A stretch of 64,000 nucleotides of DNA from Myxococcales bacterium (GTDB lineage Bacteria > Myxococcota_A > Polyangia > Polyangiales > Houyiibacteriaceae): assembly GCA_029863605.1 (NCBI GenBank), contig JAOTVB010000001.1, positions 160,187 through 224,186 on the forward strand. The letters run 5' to 3'. Positions 1 through 9,982 of the stretch are shown one piece after another (the stretch's first letter is position 1; the number at the start of each line of letters is the position of its first letter). The notes beneath the pieces are model-generated. The model made no database searches. It was not told the DNA's origin and saw nothing but the letters and a program-made list of their open reading frames with translations. Both the position numbers and the translations under genes were made by a program.

Positions 1-1415
1 TGCTCGAGCGAGGCGACTGGATAGGCACAGTAGTCGGCTGCGTAATAGGCGCTAGGCCGGTGATTGCCGCTCGCGCCGATGCCGCCAAAGGGCGCAGCGC
101 TGCTCGCGCCGGTCAAAGGCCGGTTCCAATTGATGATCCCGGCGCGGACCCGCTCGAGGAAGAGCTCCCAGGCTACGCGGTCATCTGCGATGAGCCCCGC
201 GGCGAGGCCGAAGCGAGTCTCATTGGCGAGCTCGATCGCACGTTCGAGGTCGTCGTAGTAGTGCAACTGCAATAGAGGACCGAAATACTCTTCGTCGGGA
301 AGCTGTCGGATGCCGGTGACATCGATCAAGCCCGGAGACACGAAACCGGTGCCCACTTGGAGCTTGCGCATCTCGAGGATCGGCTCGCCGCCGAGCGCGA
401 TGAGCTTCCCTTGGGCCGTGAGTAAGGCGTCAGCGGCCTGCTCGGAGATGACCGGCCCCATGAACGGTGGCTCGGCGTCGTCGAATCGGCCCACCCTGAG
501 CTTTGCGATGGCTTTGGTGAGTCGGCCGATCAGTGCTCGCCCAAACGCGTCGTTGGGTAGGAACAGCCTTCGCGCGCAGGTGCATCGCTGGCCTGCGGTG
601 ATGTATGCCGACTGAAGGATCGTGTAGATCGCCGCGTCGACATCATCGACCCGGTCGACGACGAGCGGGTTGTTGCCGCCCATCTCCAAAGCGAGAATCT
701 TTTCCGGGGATCCCGCGAGTTGCCGATGCAGTGCGTGCCCCGCCGCCGCGCTTCCGGTGAACAACAGGCCGTCGAGCAGCGGGTGCGCGACGATCCCCAG
801 GCCTGTCTCCTTGCCTCCTTGGAGCAGATTGAGCACGCCGGGGATGACCCCCGCTTTTTCCCACAGCTTGACGGTCTCGATTGCGGTTGATGGTGCTTGT
901 TCGCTTGGCTTGAACACGATAGTGTTACCAGCGAGCAATGCGGGCACGATGTGCCCATTCGGGAGATGACCGGGGAAATTGTAAGGTCCCAAAACGGCGA
1001 GCACGCCATGGGGGAGGTGCCGCACCACCGATCGATAGATGCCAAGCTCACGCTCGGCCGTTCCGGTTCGCTCTCGATAGGCGCGGACCGAAAGCTCGAT
1101 CTTCGCGATCATCGAGCTCACCTCGGTGAGCGCCTCCCAGGTCGGCTTTCCCGTTTCGAGCGAGATCACGCGTGCGAGCCCGTCGCGGTGCGTCTCGAGC
1201 AAGGCGCCAAAGCGCTCGATGATCGCGATGCGGCCTTCGAGGGAAATGGCGCGCCAGCCGACGCATGCCCGCCGCGCAGCCTGAAACGCACGGTCGACTT
1301 GAGCCTCGCTCGCCGCGCGGCCTTCCCAGACTGGCGTGCCCGTGGCCGGGTCGAGCGAACGAAGCTCCGATCCTTCTCCTTTTTCCCATGCGCCGTCGAG
1401 ATGGAGCTGTGACAT
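1..1415 (-). CDS. astD: N-succinylglutamate 5-semialdehyde dehydrogenase (aldehyde dehydrogenase family); the 3' end lies beyond the left window edge
   Basis: Absent from the ORF track because there is no in-window stop. My translation of the minus strand from ATG 1415 reads MSQLHLDGAWEKGEGSELRSLDPATGTPVWEG... It continues with IVFKPSEQAP, LEMGGNNPLVV and AGQRCTCARRLF (ALDH catalytic Glu/Cys motifs) and stays open to position 3. The start is 8 nt downstream of the astA stop. Confidence 0.85.
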   Translation of the reverse strand, partial: MSQLHLDGAWEKGEGSELRSLDPATGTPVWEGRAASEAQVDRAFQAARRACVGWRAISLEGRIAIIERFGALLETHRDGLARVISLETGKPTWEALTEVSSMIAKIELSVRAYRERTGTAERELGIYRSVVRHLPHGVLAVLGPYNFPGHLPNGHIVPALLAGNTIVFKPSEQAPSTAIETVKLWEKAGVIPGVLNLLQGGKETGLGIVAHPLLDGLLFTGSAAAGHALHRQLAGSPEKILALEMGGNNPLVVDRVDDVDAAIYTILQSAYITAGQRCTCARRLFLPNDAFGRALIGRLTKAIAKLRVGRFDDAEPPFMGPVISEQAADALLTAQGKLIALGGEPILEMRKLQVGTGFVSPGLIDVTGIRQLPDEEYFGPLLQLHYYDDLERAIELANETRFGLAAGLIADDRVAWELFLERVRAGIINWNRPLTGASSAAPFGGIGASGNHRPSAYYAADYCAYPVASLE

Positions 1416-1422
1416 CGGTCTT

Positions 1423-2439
1423 CTACAATTCTAGCACCCGGACCGGCTCGCCCTCCCTGATCCGAATGGCGCGGGCCATCTCGGGGTCGAGGGTTACCCC
1501 GTCCGTTCCCTCTAGGCGAGCGCTCCCGACCGAGCACCGAAAGTCTTGAACTCTCGTATTGGCGACTAGACACCTCACCGGGTTGTTCAATGGGCCGATC
1601 CGAGCGGCGTGCCGTTGGCTGTCGCGCACGGCGTGAATGTCGTTGCGGCGGCATTCGACGGTAGGGCCGCCGTCGAAGATATCGACGTAGCTCTCATAGC
1701 GAAAGCCTTCGCCCTCGAGCATCTCGAGGGCTTTCTTGCTGTTGGGGTGCGGTTTCCCAATCGCTTCACGCGCGTCCTCCGGCAAGAAGAGCACGTAGAT
1801 CGCGTGCTTAGGCATGAGCTCGGCGATGAAGGATTTGTGCCCCGTACCCACGAGATGATCGGCCGTCGGGAAATCCATCGAAAAGAAGTGCTGGCCGAGC
1901 CCGTCCCAGAAAGGGGAGCGACCTCGCTCGTCCGACACGCCCCTGATCTCGGCGATGACTTTGTCCGCAAAGCGGTGCGGAAACTCCGCGATGAAGAGCA
2001 GCCGCGATTTAGAAAGCAAGGTGCCTAGACCCTTGCTCCGTTGCCCGGGGCCGAGAAAGAGCGAGGTGAGCTCCGTGCAACCGGTGTAGTCGTTCGAGAG
2101 GTAGAGCGCCGGGTGCGCGCGGTGCACCTTGAGCTCCTTCGATGCATGCACGACCGTGCCGATCCGATAGCTGTAGAAAGGATCCTTGAGCCCCACCGCG
2201 GCCTTGATTGCGCACATGCCAGCGACTTCTTGGATGTCGTCATCCGCCAGGACGAAAAAGTAGTCTTCGCTTCTCGCTTTGCCGATCTCGGCCGCGAACG
2301 ACTTCGCCGAGGTTTCGATTTTCTGGAGAAGCGTGTCGCGGTCGATCGCGAGCGAAGTGATCCCCGCCTGCACCTGTGCGATGAGGGATTCTAGACGTTC
2401 GAGGTCGGCGAGCTCGGCCGGACGAATGACAAAGGCCAC
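1423..2439 (-). CDS. astA: arginine N-succinyltransferase
   Basis: ORF-track entry 1423..2850 is over-extended into the upstream gene. The conserved part starts at GTG 2439 (VAFVIRPAELADLERLESLI...) and gives 338 aa. Full-length resemblance to AstA (…SNDYTGCTELTSLFL…, …GRSPFWDGLG…). It lies directly upstream of astD. Confidence 0.9.
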   Translation of the reverse strand: MAFVIRPAELADLERLESLIAQVQAGITSLAIDRDTLLQKIETSAKSFAAEIGKARSEDYFFVLADDDIQEVAGMCAIKAAVGLKDPFYSYRIGTVVHASKELKVHRAHPALYLSNDYTGCTELTSLFLGPGQRSKGLGTLLSKSRLLFIAEFPHRFADKVIAEIRGVSDERGRSPFWDGLGQHFFSMDFPTADHLVGTGHKSFIAELMPKHAIYVLFLPEDAREAIGKPHPNSKKALEMLEGEGFRYESYVDIFDGGPTVECRRNDIHAVRDSQRHAARIGPLNNPVRCLVANTRVQDFRCSVGSARLEGTDGVTLDPEMARAIRIREGEPVRVLEL

Positions 2440-2474
2440 GTCACCGACAGGATCGCACAGCTGGCGGCGTGGAC

Positions 2475-4310
2475 CTAGTTCAACGTGCAGGTCGGGTTGA
2501 CGCAGTAGCTTGCGCCGTCGCCGCTGGCGTCGAAGCAGCTGAAGCCACCGGGGCACTCCGCGTTGCCCGTGCAGCTGAGCTGGCACGTGTTTGTGTCGGG
2601 ATCGCACGCAAGCGAGAGATTGTCGCGATCGTACTGCTCGGCGAGCGACTCCGAGGAGCGGTCGCAGTCTGTCTCGATGCTGCACGGCCAACCAACGTCG
2701 ACGTCCTTTGGCGGGGCGGTTTGGAGGCACTCGAAGCGAATTCGAGTGCCCAACTGCGGCTCTGCCCCATCGGTGAAGCGCACGCGTTGCTTGTACTCGT
2801 TGAAGAAGCAAGCGTCGGCGGTCTCCTGCGTGAAGTCGTCGTAGAACCAACCGAGACCCTGGGGAACACCGGCTCCGGGGTCGCTCGGCAGCTGGGTAAT
2901 CCGGCAGACCTCACGGCCGTCCTCGTTCGCGACGGCTTCGGGCTCACGCCCGCGCGCAGCAGCATCTGCGCAGGTGACACCCTCGGGTTGCACCTCGCGA
3001 ACCTCGCATCCCACCATGTCCTCGGAGTTGCGATTGAGTCGCCGTGGCAGACAGAGCCGGCGAAGCGCATCCGCAATCCGATCGACGATCGCCTCGAGTG
3101 CCCGTTTGTAGTCCGAAGCGCAGATCGATTCGACGACCGTGCCGACGTCGCTGTTCGTTTCAGCGAGACCTTTGGCGACCTCGACGACGCGGCGGCCCGG
3201 GGCGGCGGCACCGTCAGTCGATCCAGCGCCGCACGCGGGCCGGAGCTGTTGGGTCTGGGTATTCGCGAAGGCCGGGTCTGGAGTCTCCGCCATCCCTGGA
3301 TGCGCGAGAATCGCATCGTAACGGGCCTCATCGGTCGCAAAGTTCTCGCGATTGAGGGCGCTGTCGTCAGGAATGCCGGTGATTGCGGCAAACACGACCT
3401 GGCTCGGGTCGTCCTTCAGCTCTGCGATGCCCGTGACATAGCGGTCGATCGCTTGAAGCGCCTCGCTGTGCTCCCAGCAACGAAGATTGAATTGGACCTC
3501 GTCGTTGGTGGTAAACGGCCCCTGGAACGGGTTGCCCGGGTTCGGAACGGTATCGAAGATGCGCGGGTCGGTGGTCGAACAGTCATCTTCATCGGTGATG
3601 AGGATCACGGCGAGCAACGCGTCCTGACGGCTGAACCCGGCGTTGGCGGTGTTCCGGTCCTGGGCGAGGATGGCCTCGAGCTGTTGTTCGAAGCCGCAAC
3701 CATCGGTTTGCCCTGTGACGCATTCCACGTCCTCCACGAATTGGGCATCGAAGGTCATGCTCGCGTCAGCCGGCCTGTCCAAATAGAAGGTGTCGACGGG
3801 TGGTGTCTGTGCCGCACACATGACGCGCGGCGTGCCAGAGTTGTTGTCATCGTCGATCAACCCGGTGACCTGCATGAAGCCCGCTAAGCCGGCTCCACCG
3901 TTACGTTCACATGCTGTGGTCGGGAAAAAGTTGACGCCGGACGTGAAGCCGTGTGGCGGCTCGGTCGAATGGCCGAGGTCCGGCGTAATGATCCCGACAT
4001 GAAGGCTCTCGACCGCGGGGAACTCCCCCCCCTCCAAGGGCGTCGACATGTCGACGTCGATGCCTCCGGTGAGCAATAGATTCACCAGGCGTGGCACCTG
4101 CAGGGCGAGCTTGCTCTGCTCCGCCAACATCGAGGGCGAATCATCGATGACGAACAGAACGTCGAGCGCCCTCTGCGGATTGACCGGTACGTTCTGGACG
4201 ACGCCGTTAATCGTGCACGGGTTCAGGGGACTGAGCGGCCTGTTGGAGCAACTCCCAACCGTCGCGACGAGCCCCACCATCACGAGCAAAAAAGCAAAGC
4301 GAACCTTCAT
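2475..4310 (-). CDS. VWA-like domain lipoprotein with Cys-rich C-terminus
   Basis: 611-aa ORF with a strong SD (ggggaggag) before ATG 4310. The N-terminus MKVRFAFLLVMVGLVATVGSC is a signal peptide plus Cys. VLFVIDDSPSM is a DxSxS MIDAS-type motif. The last ~200 aa contain many paired cysteines. Confidence 0.8.
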   Translation of the reverse strand: MKVRFAFLLVMVGLVATVGSCSNRPLSPLNPCTINGVVQNVPVNPQRALDVLFVIDDSPSMLAEQSKLALQVPRLVNLLLTGGIDVDMSTPLEGGEFPAVESLHVGIITPDLGHSTEPPHGFTSGVNFFPTTACERNGGAGLAGFMQVTGLIDDDNNSGTPRVMCAAQTPPVDTFYLDRPADASMTFDAQFVEDVECVTGQTDGCGFEQQLEAILAQDRNTANAGFSRQDALLAVILITDEDDCSTTDPRIFDTVPNPGNPFQGPFTTNDEVQFNLRCWEHSEALQAIDRYVTGIAELKDDPSQVVFAAITGIPDDSALNRENFATDEARYDAILAHPGMAETPDPAFANTQTQQLRPACGAGSTDGAAAPGRRVVEVAKGLAETNSDVGTVVESICASDYKRALEAIVDRIADALRRLCLPRRLNRNSEDMVGCEVREVQPEGVTCADAAARGREPEAVANEDGREVCRITQLPSDPGAGVPQGLGWFYDDFTQETADACFFNEYKQRVRFTDGAEPQLGTRIRFECLQTAPPKDVDVGWPCSIETDCDRSSESLAEQYDRDNLSLACDPDTNTCQLSCTGNAECPGGFSCFDASGDGASYCVNPTCTLN

Positions 4311-4537
4311 GTCTCCTCCCCGTACCCGACAGGCTGATCATAACCACTTGGGCCGCACAAAGCCAATCGAGCGGGAACTTTACAGCAGGCTTCACATTGG
4401 CGTCCGTTCGGATGGAGGGGCTCTAACCACATGAGATCACAACTGTTCCCACGCGTGAGCTCCACAGCGCATCCTGGAATCCTGCTACTTATTTCAGAGT
4501 CTTGGGTCTGCTATGCAGAAAGTATAGGGATCCTATC

Positions 4538-5896
4538 ATGCGCCGAGTTCTGGTCGTCGACGACGAAGAAAACATCCGGGTCGTGCTCCGCACGCTCTTG
4601 AAGAAGCACAACTACCAGGTGGAGGCTGCCAATTCCGCGGAGACCGCCCTCGAGCAACTCGAGCGCTTCGATCCCGACTTCGTGCTCGCCGACGTTCGGA
4701 TGAGCGGAATGACCGGTCTCGAGCTCTGCGCCGAGCTCAAAGCACGCTCGTCGCTTGCGACCGTGATCTTGATGAGCGCCTACGGTTCGGTCGACTTGGC
4801 GATCGACGCGATGAAAGCCGGCGCCTACGACTACATCTCGAAGCCCTTCAAGCAGGACGAGGTGTTGCTTGCGCTCACCAAAGCCGAAGAGCGCGAGACG
4901 CTCCGTCGGGAAAATCGCGCGCTCAAGGAAGCGATGCGCAAGGAACGAACCTTTCACGACATCCTCGGAAAGAGTGATGCCATCGAGAAAGTCTTTGCGA
5001 CGATCGGTAAAGTCGCCGACTACAAGACCACCGTTCTGATCCAAGGCGAAAGCGGTACCGGCAAGGAGCTCGTTGCACGTGCGCTCCACCTCGGGAGCCC
5101 AAGAAAAGACAAGCCGTTCATTCCGCTCAACTGCGGTGCAATCCCCGAGACCCTTCTCGAAAGCCAACTTTTCGGCCACAAAAAAGGGGCATTCACCGAT
5201 GCCCACGTCGACAAGCGCGGGCTATTCACCGAAGCGGATCAAGGCACGCTATTCCTCGACGAGATCGGAGAGCTGCCGCTCGGTTTGCAGGTGAAGTTGC
5301 TGCGCGTGCTTCAAGAGGGCCGGGTTCGTCCCGTCGGGGCAAACCGCGATCAAGAGGTCGACGTGCGCGTCATTGCAGCCACCGTGCGGGACCTACAACG
5401 AGAGGTTGCTGAAGGACGGTTTCGCGAAGACCTCTACTACCGATTGAACGTGTTGCAGATCAACGTGCCGCCACTACGCGATCGACGCGACGACATCATG
5501 TTGCTCGTCGATCATTTCATCGAACGCAACAACAGCCGTCTCGGCACCAAGATTCGCGATGTCGATCAGAAGGCACGCAAGCTGCTGCTCAATTATCCTT
5601 GGCCGGGGAACGTGCGTGAGCTCGAGAACACGATCGAGCGGGCCGCAGTCCTCTCGGAAAGCGACGTAGTCGGCGTGGGCGACCTGCCGGAACGCATGCG
5701 CGAACCAGCCGATCCTGTCGCCGCGAGCCTTGCCACCGGTGAGCTTTCGATCAAGAAGACCGCCCGATTCATGGAAGAGACGTTGATCCGGCGCGCTCTC
5801 GAAAAGACCGGCGGAAACCGAACGGCAGCCTCGAAATTGCTGGAGATCAGCCACCGCGCTCTACTTTACAAGATCAAAGATTATGGGATTCACTAG
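4538..5896 (+). CDS. sigma-54-dependent response regulator (NtrC family: REC + AAA+ + Fis-type HTH)
   Basis: MRRVLVVDDEENIRVVL... with ADVRMSGMTG (receiver Asp). It has the GESGTGKE Walker A, the HKKGAFTDA (GAFTGA-loop variant), the ELENTIERA sensor region, and a C-terminal NRTAASKLLEISHRALLYKIKDYGI HTH. The start is chosen at ATG 4538 rather than the ORF-track TTG/GTG 4502. Confidence 0.9.
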   Translation: MRRVLVVDDEENIRVVLRTLLKKHNYQVEAANSAETALEQLERFDPDFVLADVRMSGMTGLELCAELKARSSLATVILMSAYGSVDLAIDAMKAGAYDYISKPFKQDEVLLALTKAEERETLRRENRALKEAMRKERTFHDILGKSDAIEKVFATIGKVADYKTTVLIQGESGTGKELVARALHLGSPRKDKPFIPLNCGAIPETLLESQLFGHKKGAFTDAHVDKRGLFTEADQGTLFLDEIGELPLGLQVKLLRVLQEGRVRPVGANRDQEVDVRVIAATVRDLQREVAEGRFREDLYYRLNVLQINVPPLRDRRDDIMLLVDHFIERNNSRLGTKIRDVDQKARKLLLNYPWPGNVRELENTIERAAVLSESDVVGVGDLPERMREPADPVAASLATGELSIKKTARFMEETLIRRALEKTGGNRTAASKLLEISHRALLYKIKDYGIH

Positions 5897-5948
5897 CTCC
5901 GACTGGATAATCGGGAATGACGAGGTTAGAAGGAGCGTTGGTTTCGTG

Positions 5949-6446
5949 ATGAGCTCTATGCGGAGTGGCTTAGCTTTTGCGGTGATTTGCGCCGTATTCG
6001 TCTCCTCGACGGCGACCGGGTGTAAGAAGAACATCCCCAACACCACCGTCGAGGACACCCCCGGGAACCGGTCGATCATCACCTTCATGGAGAACTATCG
6101 CCGGGCGGTCGAGGAGCGGGATATCGGCGCTCTGTTGGCTATGGCCCATCCCCAATACTTGGACGACAATGGCACCCCTACGGGTGATGACGACATCGAC
6201 TATCGAGCTCTCCGCATCAAGCTCGGCAGTTGGCGCGAGCGGGTCACCGATGTCCGCTACGAGATCAAGTACCGCACTATCGGAGCCGATATGGAGCGAA
6301 TTATGGTGGATTATCGCTACAGTGCGAGCTTCCGAATCGCCTATGGTGAAGAGGATGAGCGCTGGTCCCGTCGTATCGGCGAGAACCGCATGGTGCTCCT
6401 GTATGACGAGATCGAGAGTCGCTACTACGTCCTCTCCGGCATGTAA
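5949..6446 (+). CDS. lipoprotein, possibly NTF2/SnoaL-like fold
   Basis: MSSMRSGLAFAVICAVFVSSTATGC is a signal peptide plus lipobox. GGAG lies ~12 nt upstream. The mature part (…YRRAVEERDIGALLAMAHPQYLDDNG…) resembles DUF4440/NTF2-like proteins (tentative). High third-position GC. Confidence 0.6.
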   Translation: MSSMRSGLAFAVICAVFVSSTATGCKKNIPNTTVEDTPGNRSIITFMENYRRAVEERDIGALLAMAHPQYLDDNGTPTGDDDIDYRALRIKLGSWRERVTDVRYEIKYRTIGADMERIMVDYRYSASFRIAYGEEDERWSRRIGENRMVLLYDEIESRYYVLSGM

Positions 6447-6551
6447 TTCGTACATTCCTATTGAATAAGTACACCAATTTGCGCTACGATTCAGTCGTTG
6501 CCGAGGTGGAATCGGTGCAACTGAGTGGGATAGCCCACAATCGACGAGAGC

Positions 6552-8378
6552 ATGAGATTCGAGTGCGATAGCTGCCACGCCAAGTACAAGATCTCCGACG
6601 CGAAGGTCGCAGGTCGGGTCGTGCGCTTTCCATGTCGGAAGTGTGAGCACAAGATCGTGATCGACGGCAGACGTCAGGTTGGGGATGTCACCGTTCCTGC
6701 CGGTGCCGCGTACGGGCTCGAGGAGGTGACCCGGCGATCGGAGCCCGCGCCATTTGTCCGGGAGGCTGCGACCGTGAGGCAAAGGCGTCCGTCTTCGCCG
6801 GTTCGGCGTCGGCCATCATCGGTGCCACCTCGGCGTCCGTCCTCGGTTGCACGGCGCCTGTCTTCTTCGCCAGCGGCCGCCAGCAGCGCGCTCGTGGGTC
6901 AGCATCCTGGGCTTGCACCACCGGTTCCGACGCGATCGAAAGTCGGGGGTCCCCCTAGGATTGCCGACAAGGCCGAATGGCACGTCTCGGTCAACGACGT
7001 CCCGATCGGCCCGATCAAGCTCGAAGAGATGGCGCACAAGGTAGACGCTGGCGCCGTCAGCGAATACTCGCTCGTGTGGCGCGACGGTTTTGACGAATGG
7101 CGTCCACTTGCAACGGTGCCCGAGCTCATGTCTTTGCTTTACGAGCGTCGTAGCTCGGGTCCGCCGGCACGCAGCCGGTTTTCCTCGGCCCCGCCATTCG
7201 TCGAGGCGCAAACGGCCATCAAAGAGACGCCAGAAGTTTCTCGGGTGTCCGGTCCAGCGAAGCCGCCGGTTCACGCCTTAGGCAAGCGGCCGAGCGTGGC
7301 CGAATTCTTGCCCCTTGCCGACTCGCTCCAGCCCGAGTCGGGCCTTCCGACTCCGCTCGGCGAAATGTCGCAGCCGCCTGCGCCGCTTGGTCCACCACCT
7401 ATCTTCGAATCCTTACCAGAGAGCGGCGCGTTTTCGGGGCTTTCGCAACCGCCCGACGAGCTCATCTCGGTGCCCGCCGTTCCGCCGGAGCCCGCTGGCG
7501 TCGAGCCGCGAACCGGTCTTTCGCGGTGGGTCTCGGCATTGCTGGTTGCCATCGCCTTTTTTTCGGGCGTGGCTGCGATGTTGGCATTTGACGCGTACGG
7601 CGATCTGATTCTGGAAAGGATCTTGGGGTCGCCTAGCGGGTCAGTCCAGCAAGCGACGAAGGCCGTACCGCCGATCGATACGGCCGCGCCGGTCGAAGAG
7701 GTTGCACCTGCGGAAGAGGCCGAAGGCGTCGACGAAAGCGAAGCGGCGGAGCCGGGAGAAGCGGCGGCAGAGGAAGCCGACGATGTCGAGGGAGCGGAAG
7801 CGATCGAAGACAAAGACACGCTCGAAGCGGCTACGACCAAATCGACACTGGTCGTCGAACCGCCTAAGCCCACGGAGGATGGCCCTGCCATGGAACCCGC
7901 GAAACCCCGTCGGCGCGTGCGGGCGAAACGGTCTGCCGACACCGTGGAGGATTCTTCGGCAGGCATCAAAAAGCTAGGAGACGATTCGCTGAGCGCCGAG
8001 GAGCAAAAGCTCTTGGCCGACTTCGGTTCGAGCACCAGCGCTGGAGTCGCGAAGATCGACGTCTCGGAATCCGGCAGCTCCGCGAGTAAGCGCGATCCGC
8101 TCGACGGCAAGGCGGTAAGCGCAACCGTGAATACCAATAAACCGCGCCTTCAGCGCTGCTACGAGCGGGCCATCCGTGGACAACAGTCGCCAACGGCGGT
8201 CCGCATGAACGTATCGATCAACGTCGCGTCCTCTGGACGCGTGTCAGACGTGGAAGTCGACGGTACCGGGCCTGGCGGGCTCAAGGAGTGCATCGAGGCG
8301 TCGATTCGGCGTTGGCGCTTTCCGGCCTCCTCTGAAGGTGGCCCCGCGAAGTTCCCGATCGTATTCTCCGCCAACTGA
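6552..8378 (+). CDS. MJ0042-type zinc-ribbon / GYF_2 domain / TM / AgmX-PglI-type C-terminal domain protein
   Basis: The N-terminus MRFECDSCHAKYKISDAKVAGRVVRFPCRKCEHKIVI carries two CxxC pairs. WHVSVNDVPIGPIKLEEMAHKVDAGAVSEYSLVWRDGFDEWRPLATVPEL is GYF_2-like. There is one TM helix (WVSALLVAIAFFSGVAAMLAF). The TonB_C-like tail LQRCYERAI…ECIEASIRRWRFP is typical of myxobacterial AgmX/PglI. Confidence 0.8.
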   Translation: MRFECDSCHAKYKISDAKVAGRVVRFPCRKCEHKIVIDGRRQVGDVTVPAGAAYGLEEVTRRSEPAPFVREAATVRQRRPSSPVRRRPSSVPPRRPSSVARRLSSSPAAASSALVGQHPGLAPPVPTRSKVGGPPRIADKAEWHVSVNDVPIGPIKLEEMAHKVDAGAVSEYSLVWRDGFDEWRPLATVPELMSLLYERRSSGPPARSRFSSAPPFVEAQTAIKETPEVSRVSGPAKPPVHALGKRPSVAEFLPLADSLQPESGLPTPLGEMSQPPAPLGPPPIFESLPESGAFSGLSQPPDELISVPAVPPEPAGVEPRTGLSRWVSALLVAIAFFSGVAAMLAFDAYGDLILERILGSPSGSVQQATKAVPPIDTAAPVEEVAPAEEAEGVDESEAAEPGEAAAEEADDVEGAEAIEDKDTLEAATTKSTLVVEPPKPTEDGPAMEPAKPRRRVRAKRSADTVEDSSAGIKKLGDDSLSAEEQKLLADFGSSTSAGVAKIDVSESGSSASKRDPLDGKAVSATVNTNKPRLQRCYERAIRGQQSPTAVRMNVSINVASSGRVSDVEVDGTGPGGLKECIEASIRRWRFPASSEGGPAKFPIVFSAN

Positions 8379-8387
8379 CGGTCGGTC

Positions 8388-8927
8388 ATGACGATCAAGC
8401 CTCTCATCGACGCGAGCACGATTGCTCAGCGTGTCATCGAGCTCGCTCACGAGATCACACACGATTATCTCGGCAAGGAGCTGGTGATCGTTCCCGTGCT
8501 CAAGGGAAGCTACGTTTTTGCAGCCGACTTGGTGCGGCACATCGACCTCGAACTGTCGGTCGACTTCCTCGGGGTACGTAGCTATGGCGATGCTCAGAAC
8601 AGCAGCGGGGTCGTCGAGATCACGACAGACCTCAGTCACTCGATCGAGGGTAAGCACGTCATCCTGATCGAGGACATCGTCGATACGGGTTTAACCGTAT
8701 CGTACCTCTTCAAGAACCTGACCACGCGTCGGCCGGCGTCATTGAAGCTTGCTTCGTTGCTGCACAAGCCTTCTCGGACGCGCGAGCCCGTGAAGATCGA
8801 CTACCTCGGTTTCACTGTCGAAGACGTTTTCGTCGTCGGGTATGGCCTCGACCACGCACAGAAGTTCCGTAACCTCCCGTACTTGGCTGTGGTGACCGAC
8901 CAACTGCCGCCGAAGGCGTCTCAGTAA
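8388..8927 (+). CDS. hpt: hypoxanthine phosphoribosyltransferase
   Basis: 179 aa. VIVPVLKGSYVFAADLVRHI and the PRPP-binding loop VILIEDIVDTGLT are present. The size and order of motifs are typical of Hpt. Confidence 0.9.
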   Translation: MTIKPLIDASTIAQRVIELAHEITHDYLGKELVIVPVLKGSYVFAADLVRHIDLELSVDFLGVRSYGDAQNSSGVVEITTDLSHSIEGKHVILIEDIVDTGLTVSYLFKNLTTRRPASLKLASLLHKPSRTREPVKIDYLGFTVEDVFVVGYGLDHAQKFRNLPYLAVVTDQLPPKASQ

Positions 8928-9913
8928 CCGGATCCGGACTTTCCGCTCTTCTCTGCGGCTACCGCCGCCGCGCCCGCGGCAGCGGCTCCCGGATCGTACG
9001 TGACGGTCATCCGAACCTGAAACGCTCGATCGATCTCGACGTCCTCGGTGCCTTCGACGGTACGTACCTTCAACGTCCCGGCCGATTCACCGTTTGCGGC
9101 CGCGTTCGCTTCGAGGGCGTTGAGATTCGCGATGATTTCGCCGTTTGCGTACATGCTGAAGGATTCGACCGTGAGCTCGATCCCCTCTCTATCGAAAGTG
9201 ACCGTTTGCGGTTCGGCGGTCTGCTGAATCGCGACCCTCATCCGAAGCTCGTCGCCGACCTTTTCGGTCAAGGTGTACGTATCGACCTGGCTCACCTTGA
9301 AACCGTAGAGAACGAGGTCTTTGCGGGCCTCCCAGCGGGCGCCCTTTCCGACCGGTTCCGCCGGCAAGAGGACGCGCGATAGCGAGGTACGCGCGTTGAT
9401 GATCATCACCAGCAAGCGGATGGGGACGTCAGCGCGCTTGGCTCGCTCGTTCAGCTCACTCGCTTGAATGATGCCTCTGTCGTCGATCTCGACCCAACCG
9501 CCGATGTTGTTGAGGACCGATGCGCTCTTGCTGAGGTCACGTGCAAGCTGCGGGTCGGCGCCTTCTGGAACGAGAGCCTCCGCCTTGATGATGCGGACGT
9601 CGAACCGCGTGCCCCGCCTCGATTGGATCGACGGTCCTGAGACGACGTGCAAACGGACGCCCGGGACGACGCTGAGCTGTGCGCCTTTAGATGACGTGGC
9701 AAGCGAGGCGAGACCAAAGTCCATGTTGGACGTCGTGGTCGTTCCTTCGGCCACCTTGTACCGCAGCACCTCGTGCGGCTCTTTGCCCGCGTCGAGCACG
9801 AGGACTGGATCGCCGCTCTTGGCGTCTTTGGCCGTGTTGGACTTACTGCAGCCGCTCAAGACGAGGAGCGCGCACATGACAATCAACCCGCGCGTGATCA
9901 CTTGTTTCGTCAT
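8921..9913 (-). CDS. lipoprotein, unknown function
   Basis: ATG 9913 is preceded by aaaggag. MTKQVITRGLIVMCALLVLSGC is a canonical lipobox LSGC. High GC3 throughout. No domain recognised. Confidence 0.7.
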   Translation of the reverse strand: MTKQVITRGLIVMCALLVLSGCSKSNTAKDAKSGDPVLVLDAGKEPHEVLRYKVAEGTTTTSNMDFGLASLATSSKGAQLSVVPGVRLHVVSGPSIQSRRGTRFDVRIIKAEALVPEGADPQLARDLSKSASVLNNIGGWVEIDDRGIIQASELNERAKRADVPIRLLVMIINARTSLSRVLLPAEPVGKGARWEARKDLVLYGFKVSQVDTYTLTEKVGDELRMRVAIQQTAEPQTVTFDREGIELTVESFSMYANGEIIANLNALEANAAANGESAGTLKVRTVEGTEDVEIDRAFQVRMTVTYDPGAAAAGAAAVAAEKSGKSGSGY

Positions 9914-9982
9914 CGATACTCCTTTACGGCACCTCAAACAATCGCCGTTGCAAGGCGGCTCTAGATCGCTGCAGCGCCGGGG

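Noticed and set aside
2469-3887. 472-aa plus-strand ORF
   Set aside because: It is antisense to the VWA lipoprotein gene. The sequence is low-complexity Ala/Arg/Val-rich with no motifs. The same reasoning applies to ORFs 13897..15066(-), 31075..32220(-), 45973..47688(-), 53307..54449(-), 60397..61317(-), 35294..36307(+), 26602..27642(+), 39770..40951(+) and 48237..49181(+).
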